A stretch of 64,000 bases of DNA from an uncultured Bacilli bacterium (GTDB taxonomy: Bacteria > Bacillota_I > Bacilli_A > RF39 > UBA660). The DNA lies in contig CAKOPC010000003.1 in NCBI GenBank assembly GCA_934098705.1, forward strand, positions 5,321 through 69,320, written 5' to 3'. A program made the position numbers and the translations under genes. The notes under the pieces were generated by a model. The model was not told the DNA's origin and made no database searches. It saw nothing but the letters and a program-made list of their open reading frames with translations. Positions 47,523-58,169 of this stretch are shown here, piece after piece (positions within the stretch are counted from its first letter, which is position 1; each line of letters opens with the position of its first letter).

Positions 47523-50192
47523 TTACAAAACCTCCACTTCTAATTTATTTTTCATTAAATCAAGACCAAGCTTTTCCTTTAAATATTCTACGTAATTACC
47601 ATTATCATTAATATAACTATCTGCTAGTTGTTTCATAGTAACATTTTCAGCATCGTCAAATATTATATCACTAAATAGCAATTTTTGTACTTCAATATCT
47701 GATCTTGTCGTATTTATAAATCCCATTATTTCAAGCAATGATACTATAAATGGAACCCTATGTTTAGATGCTTCGGCAGATGGAATTTCTATTCCCCGCG
47801 TTTCACAATAATGGATAGTTCTTTGACTTTCAAAAAACAAAGAATAACAATTTGCTTTAGAAATATTGTGCTTTCTACTATCAAAATATATAAATTGGAA
47901 CATTTGCTTTACTGCATCCATATTCAACATTAAATTAATAAATTGTTTTTTCTTAGTATAATCTTGATTTAAATACTCTTTTATTGGATTTACAAAATCA
48001 GATAAGTTCATTTCCCAACTAATTCCTTTTTCTTTATCCTTAAAACTTAAATCTATATGATTAATTAAATCTTTAAGTAACTCGTAAAGTTTTTCCCCAT
48101 TTTCTGTTAACTCTATAGTTTTTGTCTCATGACCAAGTTTTCTATCGTCAACAATTAACCCCATTCCCATCATTCCCTGAATTTTATATTTTGTTTGTCT
48201 TTGGAATTTTGCTAACGATTCATCCTTATCTAAGTTCCCTCTAAGTCTTATATACTTTTCATTCATATAACCTGTTGTATCATTTTCATATAATGATTTC
48301 AATATATATAATATATGTCCAAAATGTAATCCTTGAGGATAATGATATCCATTTTCTGTTACTTCCCCAATTTCCCTTAAAAATTTCATCCAACTACCAA
48401 AAGAAGAAATATATTTACCACTCTTGTATTTGCCATACATGTTTATATCATCTATACTTGGCTTTTTCTTTATATCAGTCATAACATCATAATAAGCAAC
48501 AATTAAATCATCCTTATTAACTTCATGATCCATTGCATCTTGTAAATCAAGAATTTCTTGAACTTCATCATCAAATTGAACTTCGCATTTTGGATTATAT
48601 TCATATATATTCTTTTCAAAAGCATTTGTACCTTCTTTATTTTTTGTTGTTACTTTTGTAGATAAATACTGTCTGACATAATTTGCTCGCTGATAATTAC
48701 TTATAAAATCCAAAATAATTACTTTATCTTTATTAGATGATATTCTTAATCCCCTACCTAGCTGTTGCATAAATACAGTTTTTGATTCAGTAGGTCTTAG
48801 AAACAGTAATGCTCTAACATTAGGAACATCAATACCTTCATTGAAAATATCAACGGTGAATGCAACTGCAATTTCATTATTTTTAAATGCTTTAATTAAT
48901 TCAGCCTTAGTTTCTGTAGTATTCGTTCCAGATGTTATTGCAACAGCACTTACACCTCTTTCATTAAACAATTTTGCCATTGCCTCTGCATGTCGTATTG
49001 TTACACAAAAGCCTATAGCTTTATCTCCATTACAAAACTGTTGATATTTTTCAAAAATCATTTCATTTCTAGCATTAATAATTAAGTGTCTCTCTAAATC
49101 GCTTTCATTATACTTGATACCATTTCTTCTGATATTTGTATAATCTATATTATCTTTTAATCCATGATATTCATATCCTACAAGGAAACCTCTATCTATA
49201 GCATCATTAATATCATATTCGCATACTTTTTGATAATCAAATAAAGATAGTATGTCTTTTTTATCAGTTCTATCTGGAGTGGCAGTAATTCCTAAAAAGA
49301 ATTTAGGTGTAAAATAATCTAATATTTTTCTATATGTTTTTGCTTCCCCATGATGAACTTCATCAACTATAATATAATCAAAGTATTCTTTACTAAATGA
49401 ATTTAATGTTTCATCTAAACAGAGAGAATCTTTAGATGCAAATAAAATTCTACAATCCCTAACATGTTCTTTTGTTTCTCCTGTTAATAAACCTAATATT
49501 TCATTTGGCCAAACATCTTCAAATGCATTTTTTGATTGTGTCAAAATATCTAATCTATGAACAATAAATAAAAACTTTGCATTAGGATTTTCCAAATAAT
49601 AATTATAGGCATCCATAGCACTTAAATAAGTTTTTCCTGTCCCTGTTGGCATAATAACTAAGCCTTTTGTCCAGCCTAAGTCTCTGCAATTTTTTAATTG
49701 AGGTAATACTTCTAACTGAATTGGATTCGGATCTATTTTTACATCTCCCAATAATTCTGGAGCATACTTTTTTAATGTCAAATTAATTTCATCAAAAATT
49801 CTCTGTCTCCACATAGGATCTTTCAATTGATTATATGAATATCTTCTTAATGTCCATCCATGAAATAATATTTCATTTTGTCGAAATAAATTATCATCAA
49901 ATTGTGCAAATGGAATAATGCCTTCAGCATGATATGTTTCACCATTTACTTCAAATGCAATTTTATTTCCCTCATCAGTTATTATCCCAAAATCAATTTG
50001 TCTTGCATGTCCTTCAGAATCAATAAATGGATACTGGGGAACTACTAATGTCATTTTTTCATTTCCTAAAATTGGAAACAAAAATTCTTTAACAAACAAT
50101 TTCTCACTCTCTGATATTATCTTGTTTTTATATATTTCTAAATACTCTTCACAAGTAATACTGCTTTTGTCTAACAATAAATTACAATTCAT
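47523..50192 (-). CDS. Restriction endonuclease subunit: N-terminal DUF559/Vsr-like PD-(D/E)xK nuclease fused to SF2 DEAH helicase (Type III Res-like) with long C-terminal domain
   Basis: KIAFEVNGETYH...GWTLRRYSYNQL (DUF559-type), Walker A VIMPTGTGKTY, DEAH box IIVDEVHH, motif VI QQLGRGLR. 889 aa. Confidence 0.65.
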   Translation of the reverse strand: MNCNLLLDKSSITCEEYLEIYKNKIISESEKLFVKEFLFPILGNEKMTLVVPQYPFIDSEGHARQIDFGIITDEGNKIAFEVNGETYHAEGIIPFAQFDDNLFRQNEILFHGWTLRRYSYNQLKDPMWRQRIFDEINLTLKKYAPELLGDVKIDPNPIQLEVLPQLKNCRDLGWTKGLVIMPTGTGKTYLSAMDAYNYYLENPNAKFLFIVHRLDILTQSKNAFEDVWPNEILGLLTGETKEHVRDCRILFASKDSLCLDETLNSFSKEYFDYIIVDEVHHGEAKTYRKILDYFTPKFFLGITATPDRTDKKDILSLFDYQKVCEYDINDAIDRGFLVGYEYHGLKDNIDYTNIRRNGIKYNESDLERHLIINARNEMIFEKYQQFCNGDKAIGFCVTIRHAEAMAKLFNERGVSAVAITSGTNTTETKAELIKAFKNNEIAVAFTVDIFNEGIDVPNVRALLFLRPTESKTVFMQQLGRGLRISSNKDKVIILDFISNYQRANYVRQYLSTKVTTKNKEGTNAFEKNIYEYNPKCEVQFDDEVQEILDLQDAMDHEVNKDDLIVAYYDVMTDIKKKPSIDDINMYGKYKSGKYISSFGSWMKFLREIGEVTENGYHYPQGLHFGHILYILKSLYENDTTGYMNEKYIRLRGNLDKDESLAKFQRQTKYKIQGMMGMGLIVDDRKLGHETKTIELTENGEKLYELLKDLINHIDLSFKDKEKGISWEMNLSDFVNPIKEYLNQDYTKKKQFINLMLNMDAVKQMFQFIYFDSRKHNISKANCYSLFFESQRTIHYCETRGIEIPSAEASKHRVPFIVSLLEIMGFINTTRSDIEVQKLLFSDIIFDDAENVTMKQLADSYINDNGNYVEYLKEKLGLDLMKNKLEVEVL

Positions 50193-50406
50193 TTTTATCC
50201 CCCTTATCTACTGAATATTCAACTATATCATCTAACTTGCAATTGAATACTTCACATATTTTCATTAATGTTTCCATTCTTACCATTTCATCTTTTCCCA
50301 TTTTAGCCATTTCGTTTGTTGTAATATCAGCTATTTCACATAATTTAGACTTATTCATGTTATTATCTATCAATAGCTTCCACAACTTTTTATAACTAAC
50401 TTTCAT
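50182..50406 (-). CDS. Small XRE-type HTH protein, probable R-M controller (C-protein)
   Basis: 74 aa HTH (LIDNNMNKSKLCEIADITTNEMAKMGKD). Its 3' end overlaps the restriction gene start by 11 nt. Confidence 0.5.
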   Translation of the reverse strand: MKVSYKKLWKLLIDNNMNKSKLCEIADITTNEMAKMGKDEMVRMETLMKICEVFNCKLDDIVEYSVDKGDKNEL

Positions 50407-50539
50407 ACCTTGCCTCCAATTGTTTTACATAATAATATTTTAACACATATAATTTATCTTTTCAATATTTTTTTGAATATTTCAATATATTTTTTTGCTA
50501 TTTACTTGCATTTTTATCTTTTTAGAGTGATTAATACAC

Positions 50540-50875
50540 ATGGAGGTATTTATGTTAAGAAAATGTACTGATGAAGATATAAGTGATGAAGAATGTGAAA
50601 AGGTTATTGATCCTTTTTATGAAAACTATGATAGTTATTTGGAAGAATATGTTATTCCTGAAGTAATAGCTTTTTATATTGCTAGCTCATTTTATAGAAA
50701 TGCTATGTGGAAAGCAACTTTTGAACAACATTTTAATTCTGCTTTTGATACATTTAATCTGATATGTAGAAATTATAAAAAAATGAAAGCTGAAGTTATT
50801 AAACTACTCAGATTAAAATATTCTCTAGAAATTATTAATAAGGATCCTTTAGACTTCAAAATAATCGAGTATTAG
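50540..50875 (+). CDS. Hypothetical protein
   Basis: 111 aa ORF with GGAGG RBS (ACATGGAGGTATTTATG). Confidence 0.35.
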   Translation: MEVFMLRKCTDEDISDEECEKVIDPFYENYDSYLEEYVIPEVIAFYIASSFYRNAMWKATFEQHFNSAFDTFNLICRNYKKMKAEVIKLLRLKYSLEIINKDPLDFKIIEY

Positions 50876-51051
50876 TATTAGCTAATGCTTTTTTATTGCA
50901 TCAAAAAAGGCTCACATTGAGCCAATAATTTCATCTTTATCAAATACTCTATTTTCCAAAAAACTCACGGAAAACTTAAAATTGTGTGAATTTGAGTGGG
51001 CTGTGGGTGGAGAAAAAAATAATTTTTTAGTATCACTACCCTAGGGGGAGT

Positions 51052-51420
51052 CTATTTACTCTCTATCATTTTTAATAATTCTTCTTTTGTTATTATCCCC
51101 TGTTCTGCTTCCTTATGATGCATAGGACATAATGTTATAAGATTTGTACTATCTAATCTTTTAGAATAATCTTCATCTATTGATACTATATGATGTACTT
51201 GTAAGTCTTTATAGTTAAACATAAATGGTGCTCCCTCATATCCATTTATACATGCCTGACATAAATATTTATCTCTTTTCTTTACTTCTTCTCTTTTTTG
51301 TTTCCATTCATATGTACTTCTAAATCTATCACTTTTACTACTCTTTTTATACCTATATGGTCTTTTACATACGATATTAAAGTCATGTATCTTTCCACAC
51401 ACACTACAAGTTTTTAACAT
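51052..51420 (-). CDS. HNH endonuclease
   Basis: CxxC...HHIVSIDED...N...CPMHH zinc-finger HNH pattern. Confidence 0.65.
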   Translation of the reverse strand: MLKTCSVCGKIHDFNIVCKRPYRYKKSSKSDRFRSTYEWKQKREEVKKRDKYLCQACINGYEGAPFMFNYKDLQVHHIVSIDEDYSKRLDSTNLITLCPMHHKEAEQGIITKEELLKMIESK

Positions 51421-51862
51421 TATTTAATAGTTTCCTATTCTTTTGTTCTATTTGTTTATTATGCTTAAGAAATGCTTTAATATCGTTTTCTACAAATTCT
51501 GGTAGATTTCCCTCATCTAACCACATAAGAGTTTTAAAACAGCTATTGCTAGCATGAGAATCTGTTAATTCTTCAACACCTTTTTTAAAGTATTCACTTT
51601 CTTTCATTTTATCTATGATTGAAATAATATACTTTTTATTTATTTCTTTGCATTTATCTTTTAATTGTGAAATTGTTGGAAAGTATTTTGATTCTGATAC
51701 TATTTCTTTTATAGCATTATTTAATGTTGAATAAGATACATCACTAAAATATTCAAACCAGCTTTCTAATTGTTCTTGATCCGTATTCTTGAAATAGCAA
51801 GCATTTAGATATTTCATACACTTAATAAAAGCAAAATGGGTCATTTTCATTTTCTTCTCCAT
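51404..51862 (-). CDS. Phage-type hypothetical protein (replication-module associated)
   Basis: 152 aa, overlaps both neighbours, in the replication gene block. Confidence 0.35.
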   Translation of the reverse strand: MEKKMKMTHFAFIKCMKYLNACYFKNTDQEQLESWFEYFSDVSYSTLNNAIKEIVSESKYFPTISQLKDKCKEINKKYIISIIDKMKESEYFKKGVEELTDSHASNSCFKTLMWLDEGNLPEFVENDIKAFLKHNKQIEQKNRKLLNNVKNL

Positions 51863-52661
51863 TTTGTCTTGCTTCTATCATTTCTTCTAATTCTTTCATA
51901 GAAATATCATTTAATGTTTTCTTCTTTACTGGTTGATTATAATAGTTTTCAAACTTATCTCCAAACAAAGTATATGGGTTTAAATGTACTACCATTTTAG
52001 TATCTTTCCATTCATAAAATTTCTTATCAATAACTATTTGAAAATCAAGTGTTTTATATCCTTTTTCTATCCAATTATTAACAAGACTTTTTATCTTTTC
52101 ATTTTCCCAATTGTATGAAGAATTAATTTTCTTATTTAAATAATCAATAACATCTTTTACGACAAAATCGTTACCAGACAAGATAGTTACATCTTCTCTC
52201 TTCTCCACTATATTATTTTTTTCTTCTCTTTTATTTTCTAGACTATTCTTTTCTTTACTTATCTTATCTATACTATTCTTGGTATCCATTTGGTTTCCAT
52301 CTGGTATACCATTGGTGTCCAACATAATATATTCATTATTATCAGCTATATCTAACCTACTAAATTCATTTTGAAAAATAGTAGGTCTATATCTATCATT
52401 TCTAACAGTATTATTTATTTTCCAATGTTTTATGGCGATCACATCAGAATCAAATTTATAAATAAAAGATTTGTCTATTAAAGATTGTAAATCTTCATTT
52501 GTAGCACCAACGAGCTTCATATAAGATCTATAGTTTTTAGATAGCCCATCATCATCTGCTAACATACCCATATGAAAATATAGACATTGAGCTTCAGCAG
52601 ATAGTTCTAAAAAGTCATCACTTGTTGTAACAACCTTATCAAACATTCTTTTTTGAGCCAC
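51822..52661 (-). CDS. Phage replisome-organizer-like / replication initiation protein
   Basis: N-terminal MAQKRMFDKVVTTSDDFLELSAEAQCLYFHMGMLADDDG (phage replisome organizer N-terminal-like); C-terminal TLFGDKFENYY block. Confidence 0.4.
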   Translation of the reverse strand: MAQKRMFDKVVTTSDDFLELSAEAQCLYFHMGMLADDDGLSKNYRSYMKLVGATNEDLQSLIDKSFIYKFDSDVIAIKHWKINNTVRNDRYRPTIFQNEFSRLDIADNNEYIMLDTNGIPDGNQMDTKNSIDKISKEKNSLENKREEKNNIVEKREDVTILSGNDFVVKDVIDYLNKKINSSYNWENEKIKSLVNNWIEKGYKTLDFQIVIDKKFYEWKDTKMVVHLNPYTLFGDKFENYYNQPVKKKTLNDISMKELEEMIEARQNGEENENDPFCFY

Positions 52662-52689
52662 AATTGTTTCCTTTTGATAAAGATGAAAT

Positions 52690-52953
52690 AAAATAACAAT
52701 TATTGTTTCTCATAAGCGGAAACCTCTTTTAGATAATTAATATCTATATTGAAATATTTTAAAACTTCAACCATAGGTACCAATCCTCTATTACGAACTT
52801 TGGAATCATCTCCATATAATGATATAGCAATTTAACTCCTAATGGCATATACCTTATTTCTTCCAACACTGCCAATTTTCATAATATCAGTTGCTGATGC
52901 CCACTGACTTGATACTACTTGTAATAATTGTTCTGCAGTTAGTTTTTCACTGT
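52690..52953 (-). pseudogene. Small phage-type gene interrupted by an in-frame stop
   Basis: MNSEKLTAEQLLQVVSSQWASATDIMKIGSVGRNKVYAIRS*IAISLYGDDSKVRNRGLVPMVEVLKYFNIDINYLKEVSAYEKQ* in a single frame. Confidence 0.3.
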
Positions 52954-53010
52954 TCATTCTTATCACTCTCCTTATTATTTAATAGTGTTTAAACTTTGCT
53001 AGACTTCTAA

Positions 53011-53144
53011 TTACAGTTTATATTGGAAATAATCATATATAAACCACCTACTTTCTACCTTTGATAACTACATTTTACATTTTAAATGGAATAATGTAAA
53101 TAGTTTTTGATAAACTTAATTTACTTTTTACAGTTTAAATGTAA
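53011..53144. promoter_or_regulatory. Three copies of a 17-bp palindromic operator (TTACAKTTTAWATKGWA) in the divergent lysogeny-switch region
   Basis: TTACAGTTTATATTGGA (53011), TTACATTTTAAATGGAA (53075), TTACAGTTTAAATGTAA (53128). TTACA...TGTAA inverted symmetry. Confidence 0.45.
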
Positions 53145-53199
53145 TTTTAGTTGACTTTAGGGAAAAATCGGTGTATATTGGTAACAGAGGTGATAAGTA

Positions 53200-53871
53200 A
53201 TGAATAGTAAAAATACTGATCCTAAAATATGCTTTGCTACTAATCTTAAAAAATACATGGAATTAAGAAATGTTAGTAGAAAGAAATTATCTGAAGATAT
53301 TAATATTAAATATTCAACTATATGCGAATGGTTAAAAGGTACGATGTTACCACGTGCAGATAAAATGGAAATAGTCGCAAATTACTTTAATACGACTTCA
53401 TCTAGATTATTAGAAGATCCAAATGCTGAATTATTGGTATATAAGTATCCTTTTGTAACTAAAATACCTGATGGATATACATTGGAACAAGCATCTGACG
53501 AATTTTTCTCTGGTTGGGGTGTTATTCAACATGTAAAACAAGTACCTAACCACTATGGATTAACAATTACTCATGAATGTAATCCTATGCAACCTCGTTA
53601 TGCTAAAGGTGAACCTGTTTCTTTTAAACTTACAAGCTATGTTTCTGATTGTGATTGCGATTATTTAATTAGAAGAAAAGGCCATGATGCAGAAATAGTA
53701 AGAATCTATGAAGACCAAGAGCCTCCTTTTATAATTGAAGATGATGAAAATGATGATCGTGAGATTATATATTATGTTATGATTCCTGTCTATAATGAAG
53801 AAAACAATTATGAACCATATCATACATTTAACTTAAGTGCTGATTATGAAATAATTGGAAAAGCAGAATAA
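53200..53871 (+). CDS. CI-like repressor (XRE HTH N-terminus plus C-terminal oligomerization/peptidase-like domain)
   Basis: HTH LKKYMELRNVSRKKLSEDINIKYSTICEWLKG. 223 aa. Divergent from the replication genes, upstream of the integrase. Confidence 0.5.
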   Translation: MNSKNTDPKICFATNLKKYMELRNVSRKKLSEDINIKYSTICEWLKGTMLPRADKMEIVANYFNTTSSRLLEDPNAELLVYKYPFVTKIPDGYTLEQASDEFFSGWGVIQHVKQVPNHYGLTITHECNPMQPRYAKGEPVSFKLTSYVSDCDCDYLIRRKGHDAEIVRIYEDQEPPFIIEDDENDDREIIYYVMIPVYNEENNYEPYHTFNLSADYEIIGKAE

Positions 53872-54015
53872 AAAAAGACCTACTGCGCCAACAGTAAGTC
53901 AAATTGGATAACCACAAAGTCTAGCAAACTTTAAACACTATTAGATAATAATGTAATTGGGTTTCCTTTTACATTATATCACTTTATTGAAAATCACACA
54001 AGAAAGGACGATATA

Positions 54016-55127
54016 ATGGGAGTATATAAAGCTAAAGATGGCAAAACTAAAGATGGTCGTATCTGGTTCTTTAAGTTAAGATATCAAGATATGGATGGTA
54101 GAAACAAACAATACAAATCAGGAAAATATGCTACTAAAAAAGAAGCAGAAGAAGCTGAACTTGAATTTAGATTAAAAATACATAGACATGAAAATATGGA
54201 TAAAATAACCTTAGATGAAATGATTGATATATTTATTGAGAATAGAACTTCTACTATTGAGGTTAAACCTAATACTCTATATAATTACGGAAATAAAAAA
54301 ACTCATTTAAAAAGTTTATTAAATATTAAATTAAAAGATTTTAATATCAATCACTATGATAATTGGAAAAAGCAAATGAATGAAACTAATATCTCAACAC
54401 GATATAAAAATGATATATTAAAATTTCTAAAATCAGTATTAAACTTTGCTATGACTTGGTATGATTTTAATCTTAATAAAGTTTATAATAAAATGACTAA
54501 GTTTAGTAACGCTTCTGATATACCAAAAGAAATGATGTATTTTACATATGATCAATGGAAACAATTTATTTCTGTTGAAACTAATTTACAAAGTAAAGTT
54601 ATGTTTGAAATATTATATTATTGTGGATTAAGAAAAGGTGAACTTAGAGGATTAACTTGGAGAAATGTTGATCTTGTTAATAAAACCTTATCCGTTAAGA
54701 AACATATCACAGATCGTGGTAGTTCGGTTAAAGAGTTCCAATTCTCCACTCCAAAGACTAAAAGTAGCATAGAACCCTACCACTTAATAAAGTTCTCTTA
54801 AACGACCTTAAAATGCTCAAAAATGAGGTATCTAAAGAGTATGGATTTAATGATGATTACTTTGTTATTGGCGATGCTTTCCCTGTTGCAAGTAATACTA
54901 TTACATCAAGAAAAAATCGTAACTGCAAATTAGCAGATGTACCTCAAATTAGGATCCATGACTTCAGACATTCTTGTGCATCTCTAATTGTTAATAATGG
55001 TGCTAATATAACTGTAGTAGCTAAATATCTAGGTCACACTAAAATAGAAGAAACTTTAAACACCTACACGCATCTTTTTAACTCTGCTTTAAATGAAGTA
55101 GTAGATTTAATTGATAAGTTAGAGTAA
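54016..55127 (+). pseudogene. Tyrosine recombinase/phage integrase, frameshifted near 54770-54815
   Basis: N-terminal SAM-like and core-binding region in ORF 54016..54801. Catalytic region continues in ORF 54813..55127 (HDFRHSCAS...GHTKIEETLNTYTH). The linking segment ...LPLNKVLLNDLKMLKNE is readable only in a shifted frame. Confidence 0.7.
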
Positions 55128-55163
55128 AATAAAAGCAGGGTTTCTCTGAAATGCATCCCTTAA

Positions 55164-56401
55164 AGTAGACATTAATAAAAAAGAGGGACTACAAAATATG
55201 ATAAAATACATTTCCGAAAGGAGGTGTATTTTTATTATGGCAACAAAAGGACAAAAGTTTAAAACATTTACAAATGAAGAAAGAACTGAAATTGTAAGCA
55301 AATACATGTCAGGCAAATATTCATATGCAATTTTAGCAAAAGAATATAACATAAGTTGGAAAACTATAGAAAGCATGGTTAGAAAATTCAAAAAAACTGG
55401 ACTAACAATTAAAGACAAAAAAGGTAGAAATAATCAATCACATTTAACTAAAGAAGATTGGAAAGAAAGATATGAAATATTAAAAAAATACCAGGCCTTC
55501 CTCAAGGCACAACGAGAGAAAAAGTAACATTTATAAATTTGTATAGAAATAATTATAAACTTACTAACATGTGTGCCGTACTTAATATAAGTCCTAAAAC
55601 TTATTATAAGTATAGAAACAAGGAAGATCCTGATTATTATGATTATTTGATAATTAAAGAAATATTTGATGATTCTAAAGGTACATATGGATATCGTAGG
55701 ATTGTTGAATGCCTACTCCAAAAATATGGTGTAGTTATGAATGGAAAGAAGGTATTGAGAATAATGAAAAAATATAATCTAATGGCTGAATATATAAGAA
55801 AAGCTAAAATTAAACATAAGAACGAAAAAATTGAAGATAATGTTAAACCTAATTTATTAAATAGAAATTTCACTACTGATAATTCTAATAAAGTTTGGGA
55901 TACAGATGTAACGTATTTAATATTTAAAGGTTCAAGAGCTTATTTATCTACAATAATTGATTTATATGATAGACATGTAGTTTCATATGTAATATCAAAA
56001 AGAAATAATTTAAAGTTAGTTATGGATACTTTAAATAAAGCTATATCAAAAGAAAAAGATGTACATGGTTTAATCATTCACAGTGATCAAGGATTCCAAT
56101 ATACATCTTATGAGTACAAAGCTATATGTGAATCGAATGGAATACAAATTTCCATGTCACGAAAAGGAACGCCAATTGATGATTCTCCAATAGAAAGTTG
56201 GCATTCACTCCTTAAGAAAGAAACTCTGTACAACAATAATATTACATCTTTACAAGAATATATTCAACTTGTAGAAGAATGGATATTATTTTACAATACA
56301 ACTAGACTAAAGTCAAAAATTAAGAAAAAGAGAAAAAATTATACAAAAAGAGAAAAATAATTTTCTCTTTTTAATAACCCTCTTTTTTATTAATGTCTAC
56401 T
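55164..56401 (+). mobile_element. IS3-family insertion sequence (orfA 55237..55527, orfB 55539..56360) with perfect 24-bp terminal inverted repeats
   Basis: IRL AGTAGACATTAATAAAAAAGAGGG at 55164-55187 equals the reverse complement of 56378-56401. OrfA is an HTH protein. OrfB carries a DDE rve core (WDTDVTYL...IHSDQGFQYTS...E). Confidence 0.8.
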
Positions 56402-56432
56402 ATTTGGGGTTCACATCATCTCCTAGCTTCTT

Positions 56433-57314
56433 TTAATTTTTATAATTTTGATAATTTGAATATTTTAATTGTTTATCTTTATATTCTTTATATACATCAG
56501 TATGGTTACTAATAAACTTGCTAACATTATCACGATTACATGGATTTTGTTTTTTTATCATCTTATAATATGGTTTTATGCTTTTATCTTTTAATATTCG
56601 TATTAATCCTCTTATTCGATTTGAAACAGCTTCTTTTCCTAAAAATGGTATCATACCCTTATTATAGAATCTTTGGTAAGAATATATTGATTTATTCTCG
56701 CAAAAACTCTTTGGAATAAAAATAATAGCCATATTAGATTCAAAATCAAATGGTAATTTTAAAATTTGATTACTTACCCATTTATGATTAGAGTATGACC
56801 AATATTTTCGTTTAAGCAAAACATCTTGTAAGGGTATATTATATTTCATACATTCTTCTTGTGTATATAATACCAATTCTTCTAATATAAGATTTGATAT
56901 AAAATCAGATAATTTATCAACTCCCAATTTTTCAATCATAACTTCTGCATCAAATATATCTCCTATCATACCAGTTTTAATAGCACTTGAGTCCTTAATC
57001 AAATCAAATATTTTATTACCTAGATGTTCTCCACCAGATAAACCATTTGGTTTATTTCTTGAATAACCTAATCTTGTTTCATTTATTTCACTAAAATTCT
57101 TAGTATATAAATACCCCATTTTATAATCATTATTGATTGCTAATTTTAGTAAATGTGAAAAGTACTGTTGTACAATTAAGCAACATCTTTTCCCCATTTC
57201 ACTCTTATCCATATGCATCATCATAGGATCAATCCATACAGTATTATCTTTTGCCAATTCTATATTAACAAAACCAGCATTATCTGGTATATTATATTTT
57301 GTAAATAATTTCAT
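56433..57314 (-). CDS. Hypothetical protein (293 aa), island cargo of unknown function
   Basis: No recognizable motifs; own RBS (GGAGGAACAAATATG). Confidence 0.35.
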   Translation of the reverse strand: MKLFTKYNIPDNAGFVNIELAKDNTVWIDPMMMHMDKSEMGKRCCLIVQQYFSHLLKLAINNDYKMGYLYTKNFSEINETRLGYSRNKPNGLSGGEHLGNKIFDLIKDSSAIKTGMIGDIFDAEVMIEKLGVDKLSDFISNLILEELVLYTQEECMKYNIPLQDVLLKRKYWSYSNHKWVSNQILKLPFDFESNMAIIFIPKSFCENKSIYSYQRFYNKGMIPFLGKEAVSNRIRGLIRILKDKSIKPYYKMIKKQNPCNRDNVSKFISNHTDVYKEYKDKQLKYSNYQNYKN

Positions 57315-57377
57315 ATTTGTTCCTCCTTCGCTGAATTATTTATATAATAGTTGTGGCTACAAATATTTATATATTAT

Positions 57378-57551
57378 CTACTTTTCTTTACGTACACCTT
57401 TAAATTTACCACCAGAAGTTTTAACATCCATAAATCTTCCATTTGTTGTATTTCTTTTTACAAATAGATTTGTTTTTGTATTTAAAACTTGTGATCGTCC
57501 ACATACAGCTCCTTTTCTGCAATTATCACCATTAGGTTTGTTTACTGCCAT
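57378..57551 (-). CDS. Small basic protein (57 aa), absent from the ORF track
   Basis: Strong RBS AGAAAGGAGGAC 9 nt upstream of ATG. Product MAVNKPNGDNCRKGAVCGRSQVLNTKTNLFVKRNTTNGRFMDVKTSGGKFKGVRKEK. Confidence 0.35.
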   Translation of the reverse strand: MAVNKPNGDNCRKGAVCGRSQVLNTKTNLFVKRNTTNGRFMDVKTSGGKFKGVRKEK

Positions 57552-58169
57552 ATAAAAAGTCCTCCTTTCTTAAATACTCAGAGAACTTGTAAACATAATT
57601 CCATAAATAATCTTTTTTTAATTCATAGGTTGAAATTTGATCAAAGTATGTTATAATAGTTATAGAACATAGGTTGTAATTAGTTCTCTTGTTCAATCTT
57701 GAATACAAATTTGCTAGTGTATTCTTGTATTTCTTGTAGATGTAGCCGTCAACTACATTTGCTATAAGGTATTTGCTCTATTGCTCGCAAATGCTTTTTT
57801 TTTGCATTTTTAGCCTTTTTGAGACATTTTTATAGCATTCTACTGCTGTAACTTATAGCAATTACATTATAGCATAATAAGCCTGAAAAAACAACTGATG
57901 AGACGTTTTTAAGCAAACAAACGAACGCTATTATTAACAGGAAATTTATTATTTATTTTTTTTAGATTTATATCATATGAATTAAACAAAAAAAGAAACA
58001 ACATTACAGTTTCATTTTTTTAATATTTTAGATAAATTTTATTCCAACATAATAATAATTTATTAAATGATTAACGCTATTTCAACTTATACTTTCAATG
58101 TTTTTTTAAAATACACAACCTATCTCATTGATTATTTTTATATCAAAAAGATTCATTATTTATTTAAGT

